From an uncultured Francisellaceae bacterium (GTDB lineage Bacteria; Pseudomonadota; Gammaproteobacteria; Francisellales; CACEW01): DNA of 64,000 nt. Below the pieces are notes generated by a model that saw only the letters and a program-made list of their open reading frames with translations, was not told the DNA's origin and searched no databases. The translations under genes were made by a program, and so were the position numbers. The stretch spans positions 2,341 through 66,340 of the forward strand of contig CAJQSL010000020.1 of NCBI GenBank assembly GCA_905612315.1, in the 5' to 3' direction. This document shows positions 1 through 9,884 of the stretch, piece after piece (position 1 is the stretch's first letter; the number at the start of each line of letters is the position of its first letter).

Positions 1-596
1 GCTGGTGCTGAATACGGAGCAATTGCTTTTACTGATACATAAGCTGTACCTTTTTTTGCAAATCCAAGCTTATTAGCGGCAGCATAGGATAAGTCTATTA
101 ATCTGTTATTAACAAATGGCCCTCGATCATTTACTTTTACGATTATGCTTTTATGATTCTTTAAGTTAGTTACTCTGACATATGTTGGTAACGGGAGAGT
201 TCTATGAGCTGCTGTTAAAGCATATATATCATATGTTTCTTTAGAAGATGTTGATTTTTTGTGAAACTGAGTGCCATACCAAGAGGCAATTCCTTTAGCA
301 TAATATCCTTTAGCAGATGTTTTGGGGATATAAACTTTATCATCTATTAAATAGGGGTCATTGCCGTATTCTGATTGTTTCTGTGCAACAAGTTTAAGGG
401 GTTTGACTCTTCTTGGGTTAAATCCATTTGGGGGTGGGCCATCATCATCGGTTTTATGAATGACAGCGTGATTATAACTTGAACTCATTCTTCCAGAAGG
501 TATGGCCGAGCTGCAGCTAGGTAATAAAATATTAGAAATTAACGGTATAGCTAAAAATATAAGCATATATTTTATGTAAGTTATTTTTTCACGCAT
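1..596 (-). CDS. rlpA: RlpA-family septal lytic transglycosylase lipoprotein (N-terminal part; C-terminus runs off the window start)
   Basis: Hand translation of the minus strand from ATG at 596-594 gives MREKITYIKYMLIFLAIPLISNILLPSC (lipobox), then the DPBB core GIASWYGTQFHKKSTSSKETYDIYALTAAHRTLPLPTYVRVTNLKNHKSIIVKVNDRGPFVNNRLIDLSYAAANKLGF. Missing from the ORF track because it is open at the window edge. Confidence 0.8.
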   Translation of the reverse strand, partial: MREKITYIKYMLIFLAIPLISNILLPSCSSAIPSGRMSSSYNHAVIHKTDDDGPPPNGFNPRRVKPLKLVAQKQSEYGNDPYLIDDKVYIPKTSAKGYYAKGIASWYGTQFHKKSTSSKETYDIYALTAAHRTLPLPTYVRVTNLKNHKSIIVKVNDRGPFVNNRLIDLSYAAANKLGFAKKGTAYVSVKAIAPYSAP

Positions 597-603
597 GTTT
601 TAA

Positions 604-1098
604 TTATTCTTGCTCTTTTATAACTAATCTATGAATTATTGCTAATGTTATCTTGGTTAAGATAACTGATGTGGCAAATAAATACAAACCGTATTCTACT
701 CTCATGCTTCCTAATCCAGATAATTTTATTGCAACTATTGTTATAGCAATTACAAAAACATCTAACATTGACCAATTGCCAACAACTTCAATTCTGAACA
801 GCCATTTTTTAATTTTGTTATCATCTTTTGTTAGGAACCATATTAGAGTCAGTAGCGTAAGCTTTATTAAAGGGAAAAACACAGAAAAAAGTGTGACTAT
901 CACAGCGAGGGCTATTTGTTTTTGTTGATATAAAATATGTATAGAGCTTAGCAAACTGATGGTTTGATTAAATATGAAAAACTTATCTAAAGTTAGAAAT
1001 GGTGTGAAAATACCGAATAAGTAAAGCAGCACATCCGCTATTACCATTAAACTTATTAGTATTGTAAATTTTTTGTGCCGAAGAAATAATGGATTCAT
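604..1098 (-). CDS. PqiA-family (paraquat-inducible protein A-like) small integral membrane protein
   Basis: 164 aa with four hydrophobic segments and the PqiA-like stretch GNWSMLDVFVIAITIVAIKL. Confidence 0.55.
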   Translation of the reverse strand: MNPLFLRHKKFTILISLMVIADVLLYLFGIFTPFLTLDKFFIFNQTISLLSSIHILYQQKQIALAVIVTLFSVFFPLIKLTLLTLIWFLTKDDNKIKKWLFRIEVVGNWSMLDVFVIAITIVAIKLSGLGSMRVEYGLYLFATSVILTKITLAIIHRLVIKEQE

Positions 1099-1147
1099 AT
1101 CTGTAGCTACCTATGTTTAATATCAATTATAGTTAATATTAAAAAAA

Positions 1148-1615
1148 TTAGCGATGATAAGGGTGATTTTGTGTCAAACTCCAGCACCGATAAATTTGCT
1201 CAGCTATTACTACTCTTACAACTGGGTGAGCATAAGTAAGTTTAGATAAAGACCATGTCTCATTAGCTTTTTGCTTTAAATCTATGCTTAAGCCATCAGG
1301 GCCGCCTATTATAAAGCTAATATTAGAATAACTTAGTTTTATATCTTCAATTTTTTTGGTCATTTGTTCAGTAGATAATAATTTGCCGGTGGCATCTAGA
1401 GCAATAATATAAGAATTATTTGATACAGCTTTTAATAGAGTATCAGATTCTTGTTTAATTATATTTGGTATATTTGATGATTTAGATCTCTTTATAATTG
1501 GCAAAGATTTAAATTTTAATACATAGTTGCTAGGTAGGCGTGCTTGATATGTTTTGCAGGCTTCATCTACCCAAGATGGCATATTTTGGCCAATAGCAAT
1601 AATTTCAATTTGCAT
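1148..1615 (-). CDS. rlmH: 23S rRNA (pseudouridine1915-N3)-methyltransferase RlmH (SPOUT)
   Basis: 155 aa. Starts MQIEIIAIGQNMPSWV and ends with the typical YRCWSLTQNHPYHR. Lies next to rsfS as in E. coli. Confidence 0.9.
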   Translation of the reverse strand: MQIEIIAIGQNMPSWVDEACKTYQARLPSNYVLKFKSLPIIKRSKSSNIPNIIKQESDTLLKAVSNNSYIIALDATGKLLSTEQMTKKIEDIKLSYSNISFIIGGPDGLSIDLKQKANETWSLSKLTYAHPVVRVVIAEQIYRCWSLTQNHPYHR

Positions 1616-1617
1616 TT

Positions 1618-2040
1618 TTATCTATTTTCTGATGCTTTTTCTAAAGCTATTTGCCAAAGTTTTTCTAGAGCATAATATTGGCGTTTTTCTTTTTGCATTA
1701 CATGTACTATGGTATCTTCAAGGTCTATTAGAATCCATTCTGATTGCGGGTCAGATTCAAAACCTAGGATGGTAACCTTATTTTTTTTGGCTTGTACTCT
1801 TATATTTTCTGCTATAGCCCTGCAGTGAGTAGATGAGTTTCCAGTTATGATTAAAACATAATCTGAAAGAGCGGATAAGTTTTTAACATCTAATAATAAT
1901 AAATTTTCACCTTTTAGGTTTTGGGCTTCTTCCAAAGCTAATTTGGCTGATTTTTGTTTTATTTTACCTAAAGCTTGTGTATCAGTTAGGTCTATTGCAT
2001 TTGTTTCTAGAATATTTGTTTGTTCAGTTGTGTGTGCCAT
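1618..2040 (-). CDS. rsfS: Ribosomal silencing factor RsfS
   Basis: 140 aa. RsfS/YbeB pattern LLLLDVKNLSALSDYVLIITGNSSTHCRAIAENI ... WILIDLEDTIVHVMQKEKRQYYALEKLW. Conserved position upstream of rlmH. Confidence 0.85.
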   Translation of the reverse strand: MAHTTEQTNILETNAIDLTDTQALGKIKQKSAKLALEEAQNLKGENLLLLDVKNLSALSDYVLIITGNSSTHCRAIAENIRVQAKKNKVTILGFESDPQSEWILIDLEDTIVHVMQKEKRQYYALEKLWQIALEKASENR

Positions 2041-2156
2041 TTAATACTTTCCTGTAAAAATTATTTATAACTATATGGTGTGGATTATATCATGATATTA
2101 GCTGGAATTCATGAGGATTTGATTTTTAAAATATAGTGATTTTTATAAATAAATCT

Positions 2157-3218
2157 TTATCTGATATTCTTGATTTTAGCATTATTTAGATAGCTTTCAT
2201 CCATTCCTGCTATTGCCAAGATATAATTTTCTAAAGCACTCCAGCCATCAATAAAAAGTAAGTCATCAGCACCTTTGGTTGTAAGTTCTATTTCATAAGC
2301 ATAACGAATTAGGCGTAAGCATTTTGGATAATCTAATCTATTGATAGCTGCATAAATAATCTTTTGACGCTTTGGCCAGATCTGGTGCTTTTGATATAAG
2401 CTTTCTATCTTACTGGTTTTAAGGCCTTGATGAATTTGGCATAGTACTCTTAAAGATTTTATCGCACTCCAGATTATAAAATGAGCTTCCGTTTTTAGTG
2501 CTTTTAAGTTAACAAATATTTTTTTAGTTTTTTGTAAATTTCCTGCCAAAGCATTATCTATCAAATCAAAAACATTATGCTGATTTTGATTATGGCTAAT
2601 AGGGTTAATATCAGCTTGAGTAATGTGTGTTTTATCTTGGCAAGATAGTTTTTTGAGAAGTTGGTCAGTGGCAAATAAGTTATTTTCAGTAGATTCTAAA
2701 ATAGATTTTATTGCTGATGAATCTAAAGTTAGATTATATCTTTTAGCCTGATTTTGAATCCAGGTAGGCATGTTGTGAGCTTGGGGCGGCCAAATTGCAA
2801 CAGTAATTCCTGTTTTATTAATAGCATCAAAATAAGTGCTTTTTTGTTGAGCTTTAGTAAGCTTTTTATAAGTGATTATTAAGATTTTATTTGTATCTGG
2901 ATTTTTTGCATATTGAATAATTAAATTTGCTATTTTATCATTCGGAAACTGAGATAGGCTAAATATTAAACATTGTTTGTCAGAAAATAATGAGCTTGAA
3001 ATAAGGTGATTTTGAATTGGCTCTATTGAGGCTTGTTGATCTATGTTTTGTCTGATTATTTCAGTGTATCCTTGCTTTTGAGATATCTTTAAAATTTGAT
3101 CAGTGTATTGCTTAATAATAAAGTTTTCATCGCCATATAAAAAATATATTGGTGCAAGTTTGGGGTTTCCATCGTTTTGCTGCAGGGTATTTGCAAGTTT
3201 ATATTCAGTAAGTTGCAT
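2157..3218 (-). CDS. holA: DNA polymerase III delta subunit
   Basis: 353 aa. N-terminal LAPIYFLYGDENFII pattern typical of HolA. Conserved leuS-lptE-holA order. Confidence 0.75.
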   Translation of the reverse strand: MQLTEYKLANTLQQNDGNPKLAPIYFLYGDENFIIKQYTDQILKISQKQGYTEIIRQNIDQQASIEPIQNHLISSSLFSDKQCLIFSLSQFPNDKIANLIIQYAKNPDTNKILIITYKKLTKAQQKSTYFDAINKTGITVAIWPPQAHNMPTWIQNQAKRYNLTLDSSAIKSILESTENNLFATDQLLKKLSCQDKTHITQADINPISHNQNQHNVFDLIDNALAGNLQKTKKIFVNLKALKTEAHFIIWSAIKSLRVLCQIHQGLKTSKIESLYQKHQIWPKRQKIIYAAINRLDYPKCLRLIRYAYEIELTTKGADDLLFIDGWSALENYILAIAGMDESYLNNAKIKNIR

Positions 3219-3233
3219 TTTTTATTAACTTGT

Positions 3234-3770
3234 TTATTGGCTAATTTCGATTAAGCTTTTGACAATCTGATTAGCCAAATTAGGATAAGCCGTTTGACGA
3301 ATTTGTGCTATTTTCGATTCTGAGCTTAAAGCAAGTGAAGCGTTAGATTGGTAGCTGTCCTGGTAGATAAAGGTTCGGGTTACCTCAGATTGAAGGTCAG
3401 ATTTTTTGTTATCACTAGATAATGGTACGAAAGTGACCGTTACTTGGTATGTGTCTGTATAAGTTCCAGCCAAAGAATTTCCTGAGAGGGCGCTGATCCT
3501 TTGTTTGTTTTCTACAGGTCCTACTAAGACAAAAAATTTGGTTTTATAATCTTTTTGTTCTTGTTGGTGGATATTATTATCTTTTAACGTTAATATTAAA
3601 ATTTCTGTAAGTCTAGAGTTAGGCTGGTCAGATTCAAGCTGGATATGTATTGGGTGTTTGGCTGGAATTGCTCTTATAAGATGAAATCCACAGCCTGACA
3701 AAAAGCATGTAAATATAACTAAAGTCAAAAATCTAAATATTTTTTTGTTTGATCTTGAAAGCGATGTCAT
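3234..3770 (-). CDS. lptE: LPS-assembly lipoprotein LptE
   Basis: 178 aa. Signal peptide with lipobox FLSGC. Sits directly between leuS and holA. Confidence 0.65.
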   Translation of the reverse strand: MTSLSRSNKKIFRFLTLVIFTCFLSGCGFHLIRAIPAKHPIHIQLESDQPNSRLTEILILTLKDNNIHQQEQKDYKTKFFVLVGPVENKQRISALSGNSLAGTYTDTYQVTVTFVPLSSDNKKSDLQSEVTRTFIYQDSYQSNASLALSSESKIAQIRQTAYPNLANQIVKSLIEISQ

Positions 3771-3793
3771 TTATTAGAGCCTATATTCAAAAA

Positions 3794-6268
3794 TTAATTA
3801 GCCACAATGTTAAGTAAACGATTCGGAACATAAATAATCTTGCGAATCGTTTTGTCATTAGTTTGAACCTTGACACTTGGAATTTCAAGTGCCAATTTCT
3901 CAATATCATCTTTGTGCGTATTCGGAGTTGCTGATAACTCAGCTCTTTTCTTACCATTAACTTGAATTATTATATTAACATTTTGTTCCGAGAGTAATTT
4001 GGCATCAACTTTTGGCCAGTTTGCGCATAAAATATCATCTCCGTATTTAAGATCTTGCCATAAGATATGACAAATATGCGGCGTAAAAGGAGATAGTATT
4101 AATAATAGAATTTTTAAACCATGATAAATGCAAGTTTGATCTTTAGATTCTTTTAATATATTGAATAATTTCATAGCAGCTGAAATAACAGTATTAAATT
4201 GCTGTTTTTCCATATCAAAAGTTGCTTGTTGCAGTATTTTTTGAATTTGAGAATAATCTTTGTTTTTTGGAGCTTCACAAGATTTATTTTGTAAAATATT
4301 CTCTTTGTGCTCCATCGAAAAAGCCCAGATTTTCTTTAAAAACTTAAAAGATCCATCAACGCCGGAATCAGACCATTCTAAAGATTGCTCCGGAGGAGCT
4401 GCAAATAAAATAAATAATCTAGCGGTGTCCGCGCCATATTTTTCTATTAATGCTTTTGGGTCCACCGTATTGCCTTTAGATTTAGACATTTTGACTCCAT
4501 CCTTTAGAACCATTCCTTGAGAAAGTAGCGCACTAAAGGGCTCATCAGATTTAACTGGGCCAAAATCTCGTAATAATTTATGGAAGAATCTTGCATATAA
4601 AAGATGCATTACCGCATGCTCAATTCCACCTACGTATTGATCAACCGGGCACCAGTGATTTACTCGATCATCCAGCATTGATTGATGCTGATCAAAGCAG
4701 CAGTAGCGAGCATAATACCAAGATGATTCAAAGAATGTATCTAAAGTATCACTGTCTCGAGTGGCTCCCTGACCACACTTTGGACAAGAAGTTTCATAAA
4801 AAGAGTCTGGTGCTTTTAATGTGCCACTTTCTTGGTCAAATAATGGAGTCTCTGGAAGCATAACTGGAAGCTGCTCTTCTGGTACAGGTACAACTCCACA
4901 AGATGAGCAATTTATCATTGGTACTGGCGTACCCCAGTAGCGCTGTCTAGATACACCCCAGTCACGTAATCTATAATTAGTTGTTTGTTTAGCGATATTT
5001 AAATTTACTAATTCTTGAGAGATTTTTTCTTTAGCTTCTTGATTCTTTAAGTGATTAAAATTTGCTGAATTTATTAGAGCACCATCGCCAGTGTAGGCAG
5101 TAGTGTCGATATCTATTGAGTTAATATCTTTGTTATCAATAACTTGAGTAATTGGTAAATTATATTTTTTTGCAAAGTCATGGTCTCTAGCATCATGAGC
5201 TGGGACGCTCATAACAGCACCAGTTCCATAAGTTACTAACACAAAATTAGCAATCCAAATAGGCATCTTTTCTTTATTAAGCGGGTTCTCAACATATAAG
5301 CCTGTGAATAAGCCTTTTTTCTCTTGGGTCTCTAGAGTCGATTCTTGGGTGCCAGCTTTTTTGCACTCTTGAATAAAATCATTAATTTTTAGGTTATCTT
5401 TGGCTAGAGTTTTAGCTAGTTCATGGTCTGGACTTATGCAAAGATAAGTTGCGCCAAAAATTGTATCTGGGCGTGTTGTAAATACTCTAATTTTAGATAT
5501 ATCACTAACATTTTGAGACAAATTGAAATCTATTTCTAAGCCATTAGATTTTCCAATCCAATTTTTTTGCATTGTTTTAACTTGCTCAGGCCAGCTTTTA
5601 AGATGCTCTGAGTCTATTCCTTCTAATAGTTGATCCGCATAATCTGTTATTTTTAAAAACCATTGTGGTATTTTGCGCTTTTCAACTACAGCGCCGGATC
5701 TCCAACCTTTACCATCTATTACTTGTTCATTGGCTAAAACAGTTTTATCGATAGGGTCCCAGTTTACTTCAGATTCTTTTCTATAAACTAAATTATTTTC
5801 ATATAGTTTAATAAAGAAGGCTTGCTCCCACTTATAATAAGTTGGGTCACAAGTGCTTATTTCTCTTTGCCAATCATATCCAAGGCCGAGTTGTCTAAAC
5901 TGCTCGCGCATTTGGTGAATATTTTGAATAGTCCATTCTTTTGGTGGGATTTCATGTTTCACTGCGGCATTTTCAGCTGGAAGCCCGAATGCATCCCAGC
6001 CCATAGGTTGCATGACAGTTTTGCCTAATAATCTTTGGTATCTAGAAATGGCATCACCAATTGAGTAATTTCTAACATGCCCCATGTGTAAATTTCCGCT
6101 TGGGTAAGGCAGCATTGATAGGCAATAAAACTTATCTTTTGGGGGTGTTTTTAAATCAATAGGGGTTTCAAAGCATTTGAAATCATGCCAATATTTTTGC
6201 GCCTGTTGCTCTATTTTATTTGGGTTATATTGATTTAATTCTTGGTTTGGTATTGAGTCTGCGTCCAT
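3794..6268 (-). CDS. leuS: Leucine--tRNA ligase
   Basis: 824 aa. Class I motifs PYPSGNLHMGH (HIGH) and VKMSKSKGN (KMSKS). Confidence 0.97.
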   Translation of the reverse strand: MDADSIPNQELNQYNPNKIEQQAQKYWHDFKCFETPIDLKTPPKDKFYCLSMLPYPSGNLHMGHVRNYSIGDAISRYQRLLGKTVMQPMGWDAFGLPAENAAVKHEIPPKEWTIQNIHQMREQFRQLGLGYDWQREISTCDPTYYKWEQAFFIKLYENNLVYRKESEVNWDPIDKTVLANEQVIDGKGWRSGAVVEKRKIPQWFLKITDYADQLLEGIDSEHLKSWPEQVKTMQKNWIGKSNGLEIDFNLSQNVSDISKIRVFTTRPDTIFGATYLCISPDHELAKTLAKDNLKINDFIQECKKAGTQESTLETQEKKGLFTGLYVENPLNKEKMPIWIANFVLVTYGTGAVMSVPAHDARDHDFAKKYNLPITQVIDNKDINSIDIDTTAYTGDGALINSANFNHLKNQEAKEKISQELVNLNIAKQTTNYRLRDWGVSRQRYWGTPVPMINCSSCGVVPVPEEQLPVMLPETPLFDQESGTLKAPDSFYETSCPKCGQGATRDSDTLDTFFESSWYYARYCCFDQHQSMLDDRVNHWCPVDQYVGGIEHAVMHLLYARFFHKLLRDFGPVKSDEPFSALLSQGMVLKDGVKMSKSKGNTVDPKALIEKYGADTARLFILFAAPPEQSLEWSDSGVDGSFKFLKKIWAFSMEHKENILQNKSCEAPKNKDYSQIQKILQQATFDMEKQQFNTVISAAMKLFNILKESKDQTCIYHGLKILLLILSPFTPHICHILWQDLKYGDDILCANWPKVDAKLLSEQNVNIIIQVNGKKRAELSATPNTHKDDIEKLALEIPSVKVQTNDKTIRKIIYVPNRLLNIVAN

Positions 6269-6452
6269 TTTATTGCTATGCCTTTTTATTTTCTAATAAA
6301 TTATTATTTAGTTTTATCTAAAAAATTGTAAAAAAGTATACCAGATGATTTGTTGGGAGACAAAATGTTCTTGTCTTACATAAATTTACTTATTTTAATG
6401 TGAGTGTGTGTTAGTTAAAGTAAATAATAAAACAAAAACTTATTATCTTCTA

Positions 6453-6481
6453 TTGACCTCCTCCCATTTATTCTATATGAT
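6453..6481 (+). promoter_or_regulatory. Candidate sigma70 promoter of the tRNA-tuf operon
   Basis: TTGACC (6453-6458), a 17-nt spacer, then TATGAT (6476-6481). An A/T-rich UP-like tract lies upstream and a GC-containing discriminator (tcgc) downstream. It sits 14 nt before tRNA-Tyr. Confidence 0.5.
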
Positions 6482-6494
6482 TCGCTTATTTGTG

Positions 6495-6579
6495 GGAGGG
6501 GTTCCCGAGCGGTCAAAGGGAGCAGACTGTAAATCTGCCGGCTCAGCCTTCGTAGGTTCGAATCCTACCCCCTCCACCA
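6495..6579 (+). tRNA. tRNA-Tyr (anticodon GTA), long variable arm, encoded CCA
   Basis: Acceptor stem GGAGGGG/CCCCTCC. Anticodon loop cuGUAaa. T-arm GTAGGTTCGAATCCTAC. Very close to E. coli tyrU. Confidence 0.93.
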
Positions 6580-6609
6580 TTTAACGCAAAAAAGAGAGAC
6601 AATGAAAAT

Positions 6610-6683
6610 GCGGGTGTAGTTCAACGGTAGAACTCCGGCCTTCCAAGCCGATGGTGTGGGTTCGATTCCCATCACCCGCTCCA
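6610..6683 (+). tRNA. tRNA-Gly (anticodon TCC)
   Basis: Acceptor stem GCGGGTG/CACCCGC. Anticodon loop cuUCCaa. T-loop GGTTCGATTCC. Encoded CCA. Confidence 0.92.
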
Positions 6684-6709
6684 GTAATGATGCGTAGGCG
6701 AAGAAGTTC

Positions 6710-6784
<75 letters not shown>

Positions 6785-6881
6785 GGCTTGTTGAGTTGAG
6801 ATAGTTATGAGAAAAGAGTTGAATTGAATTGAATTGAACTAAACTTAAATATAGGTAACCATTAAATTAAGGGGATTAATA

Positions 6882-8072
6882 ATGGCTAAGGAAAAATTTG
6901 AACGCACCAAACCTCACATTAACGTGGGTACAATTGGTCACGTGGATCACGGTAAAACCACTTTGACTGCGGCAATTACGAAAGTAATGGCTGAATTACG
7001 AGGCGGCGAAGCTAAAGGTTATGCGGATATTGATAATGCTCCAGAAGAGCGTGAGCGTGGTATTACTATCGCAACTGCTCACGTTGAATATGAATCTGAG
7101 AAGCGCCACTATGCGCATGTGGATTGTCCAGGACATGCTGACTATGTTAAAAACATGATTACTGGTGCTGCACAGATGGATGGAGCTATCCTTGTTTGTT
7201 CTGCTGCTGATGGCCCAATGCCACAAACTCGTGAGCACATTTTGTTAGCGCGTCAGGTAGGTGTGCCTCATATTATTGTTTTCTTAAACAAGGCAGATAT
7301 GGTTGATGATGCTGAGTTGGTTGAATTAGTTGAAATGGAAGTTCGTGAGTTATTAGATTATTACGAGTTCCCAGGTGATGATACTCCAATTATCATTGGT
7401 TCTGCTCTTAAAGCTTTAGAAGGAGACACTTCTGATGTCGGTGTTCCATCTGTTGTTAAGCTTGTTGAGGCAATGGACGAATACTTCCCAGAACCTAAGC
7501 GTGATATTGACAAGCCATTCTTGCTTCCAATTGAGGATGTGTTCTCTATTTCTGGGCGTGGTACTGTTGTTACTGGGCGTGTTGAAAGAGGTATCGTTAA
7601 AGTTGGTGAGACAGTTGAGATTGTAGGTATAAAAGATACGCAAGAAACTACTGTTACTGGTGTGGAAATGTTCCGTAAGTTACTAGATGAAGGTCGTGCT
7701 GGTGATAATGTTGGCGTTCTTCTTCGTGGCACTAAGCGTGAAGAGGTTGAGCGTGGTCAGGTTCTTGCTCATAAAGGTAGCATCAATCCTCATACTAGCT
7801 TTGAAGCTGAAGTTTATATTCTTTCTAAAGAAGAAGGTGGTAGGCATACTCCATTCTTTAAGGGATATCGTCCTCAGTTTTATTTTAGAACAACTGACGT
7901 TACGGGTAATGTGATTCTTCCTGAGGGCGTTGAGATGGTTATGCCTGGTGATAACATTAAGTTCACAGTTGAGTTGATTTCATCAATCGCTATGGATGAT
8001 GGTGTTAGGTTTGCTATCCGTGAAGGTGGTAGAACTGTAGGTGCCGGCGTTGTATCTAAAATCTTGAAATAA
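6882..8072 (+). CDS. tuf: Elongation factor Tu
   Basis: 396 aa. Starts [28 protein letters not shown], with DCPGHADY and NKADMV GTPase motifs. Confidence 0.99.
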   Translation: MAKEKFERTKPHINVGTIGHVDHGKTTLTAAITKVMAELRGGEAKGYADIDNAPEERERGITIATAHVEYESEKRHYAHVDCPGHADYVKNMITGAAQMDGAILVCSAADGPMPQTREHILLARQVGVPHIIVFLNKADMVDDAELVELVEMEVRELLDYYEFPGDDTPIIIGSALKALEGDTSDVGVPSVVKLVEAMDEYFPEPKRDIDKPFLLPIEDVFSISGRGTVVTGRVERGIVKVGETVEIVGIKDTQETTVTGVEMFRKLLDEGRAGDNVGVLLRGTKREEVERGQVLAHKGSINPHTSFEAEVYILSKEEGGRHTPFFKGYRPQFYFRTTDVTGNVILPEGVEMVMPGDNIKFTVELISSIAMDDGVRFAIREGGRTVGAGVVSKILK

Positions 8073-8078
8073 GATTAG

Positions 8079-8154
8079 AGGCCAGTGGCTCAATTGGTAG
8101 AGCAGCGGTCTCCAAAACCGCAGGTTGGGGGTTCGAGTCCCTCCTGGCCTGCCA
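8079..8154 (+). tRNA. tRNA-Trp (anticodon CCA)
   Basis: Acceptor stem AGGCCAG/CTGGCCT. Anticodon loop cuCCAaa. T-loop GGTTCGAGTCC. Usual position between tuf and secE. Confidence 0.93.
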
Positions 8155-8166
8155 TATGAAAATATT

Positions 8167-8206
8167 AAAACGGAGGTTTTTTTTATTCCTCCGTTTTGTC
8201 TTTTTT
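8167..8206 (+). terminator. Rho-independent terminator after tuf/tRNA-Trp
   Basis: Perfect 10-bp stem AAAACGGAGG (8167-8176) / CCTCCGTTTT (8188-8197), followed by GTCTTTTTT. Confidence 0.8.
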
Positions 8207-8307
8207 GTAGGGCGTGGTTTTTTGGTTTGGTGGTTTGTAGTTATCTGGCTATTTATGTGCTAGTATTTGGCTGCTTATTTTGTTGATAGTGGTATTTGGA
8301 GTAAGTT

Positions 8308-8763
8308 TTGGCGAAGAGTAGGGTTAAGAAGGTGTCCTCAAAGGGGGCCGGAAAATTGGCAGTTAATGAGCGTGGTGCTGGCAGGTCTGATAAGACTGGA
8401 GGCTCTGATAGTTCAGGGTCTGGTTTTTTTAGTAGTGTAAAGTGGATGTTGGTTTTGATTTTAGGTGTTCTAGCTGTTTTAGGGAACTTGCACTATAACT
8501 ATTATCCTTTTCCTGAAAGGTTGGTGGTTCTAATAGTAATTGGTTTGGTGATGTTTGGCTTGGCATTAAGCACTGAGTCGGGTAGAATGTTTGGCCGGTT
8601 CGTGATGGATGCACGTGCAGAGATGCGCAAAGTTGTTTGGCCATCCAGGCAGGAAATGACACAAATGACAGTAATTGTTATCATTGTCGTTGCTTTGACT
8701 GCGCTTATTTTGTGGGCAGTTGATGGGTTGTTTGCGTATGTTATAAAGAGTTTAATTATGTAG
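8308..8763 (+). CDS. secE: Preprotein translocase subunit SecE (three TM segments, Gly/Ser/Lys-rich N-terminal extension)
   Basis: 151 aa with a TTG start. Three hydrophobic helices. C-terminal VVWPSRQEMTQMTVIVIIVVALTALILW is typical of SecE. Sits directly upstream of nusG. Confidence 0.85.
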   Translation: MAKSRVKKVSSKGAGKLAVNERGAGRSDKTGGSDSSGSGFFSSVKWMLVLILGVLAVLGNLHYNYYPFPERLVVLIVIGLVMFGLALSTESGRMFGRFVMDARAEMRKVVWPSRQEMTQMTVIVIIVVALTALILWAVDGLFAYVIKSLIM

Positions 8764-8778
8764 TTTAAGGTTTTTTAC

Positions 8779-9318
8779 ATGCAGTGGTATGTTGTTAAAG
8801 TCCGAACAGCCTTTGAAAAAAAGGTTAAAGCACAGCTTGAAGAGTTAATCGAACTAAAAGGATTGAAAGATCAGTTCGGGCGTGTGTTGGTGCCAACCGA
8901 AGATATGGTGGTTGCACGTGGCGAGAAAAAAAAGCGTTATAAGATTGAAAGTCGTATTTTTCCAGGGTATGTGTTTGTTGAAATGTCGATGGATGAGCGA
9001 GCATGGCATTTGGTTAGAAGCGTAACTTATGTTCAAGGTTTTATTGGAGGAACTAAAGATAAGCCGACTCCAATCTCTGAAGCTGAGGTGCAAGAAATCT
9101 TAGATCGTATGGAACAAAGTCATGATAGGCCTAAACCTAAAACTGTATTTGAGGTGGGTGAAGTTGTTAGAATTACCGATGGCCCATTTGTTGATTTTAC
9201 CGGTACGGTTGAAGATATTAATTATGAGAAGAGCAGGTTGCGAGTTAGTGTTTCTATTTTTGGTAGATCAACGCCGGTTGAGTTGAATTTTGGTCAAGTT
9301 GAAAAGGAAGTGGTTTAG
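8779..9318 (+). CDS. nusG: Transcription termination/antitermination factor NusG
   Basis: 179 aa. Starts MQWYVVKVRTAFEKKV and carries the KOW region GEVVRITDGPFVDFTGTVEDINYEKSRLRVSVSIFGRSTPVEL. Confidence 0.96.
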   Translation: MQWYVVKVRTAFEKKVKAQLEELIELKGLKDQFGRVLVPTEDMVVARGEKKKRYKIESRIFPGYVFVEMSMDERAWHLVRSVTYVQGFIGGTKDKPTPISEAEVQEILDRMEQSHDRPKPKTVFEVGEVVRITDGPFVDFTGTVEDINYEKSRLRVSVSIFGRSTPVELNFGQVEKEVV

Positions 9319-9424
9319 TATTTTTTGATTTAATTTTTTTGTAAGTTTTAGTTTAAAACTTAATTTAAAGTAAAGGGTAGTATATATAATGCGTTGACCC
9401 GCTAATAAATAGGAGATAAAGAAA

Positions 9425-9883
9425 ATGGCAAAGCAAGTACAGGCTTTTATTAAACTGCAGATACCTGCAGGTAAAGCTAACCCAAGTCCGCCGGTTGGCC
9501 CTGCGTTGGGTCAGCATGGCGTGCAGATTATGGATTTTTGTAAAGCATTTAATGTTGAAACGCAAAAAATGCAACCAGGTGATCCAGTTCCAGTTATTAT
9601 AACTGTATATAAAGATAGAAGTTTCACTTTTGTAGTTAAGACTCCACCGGCTTCTTTTTTAATTAAAAAAGCGTTAGGTCTTAAATCAGGTAGCTCGGTT
9701 CCTAATAAGGATAAGGTTGGTAAGATTACTCTTGCTCAGCTAGAAGATATAGTTAAAACTAAAGAGCCTGATCTAACTGCTGGTAGCCTGAAAGCTGCAA
9801 TGAGAACAATTGCTGGAACCGCTCGAAGTATGGGTGTAGATGCTCCAGAAGAAATTTATCAAGATGATCAGGGAGGGGAGTAA
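9425..9883 (+). CDS. rplK: 50S ribosomal protein L11
   Basis: 152 aa. Contains [34 protein letters not shown]. Confidence 0.96.
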   Translation: MAKQVQAFIKLQIPAGKANPSPPVGPALGQHGVQIMDFCKAFNVETQKMQPGDPVPVIITVYKDRSFTFVVKTPPASFLIKKALGLKSGSSVPNKDKVGKITLAQLEDIVKTKEPDLTAGSLKAAMRTIAGTARSMGVDAPEEIYQDDQGGE

Positions 9884-9884
9884 A

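Noticed and set aside
7361-7732. Antisense or overlapping ORFs in the track inside well-supported genes. Examples: 653..928, 4260..4520, 4591..4863, 6996..7238, 7361..7732, 11529..11912, 12891..13178, 16798..17262, 19003..19218, 25434..25670 and its twin 31800..32036, 35582..35845, 46073..46384, 46690..46998, 53777..53962, 61345..61608, 62000..62284
   Set aside because: Each lies fully within, opposite or out of frame with a gene that has strong family motifs. They have low-complexity or biased compositions and no ribosome-binding context. They are treated as shadow ORFs.
9840-9884. The upstream start of rplA given in the ORF track (244 aa)
   Set aside because: It would overlap the last 44 nt of rplK. 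The ATG at 9885 has a strong GGAGGGGAG Shine-Dalgarno sequence and gives a normal L1 length.
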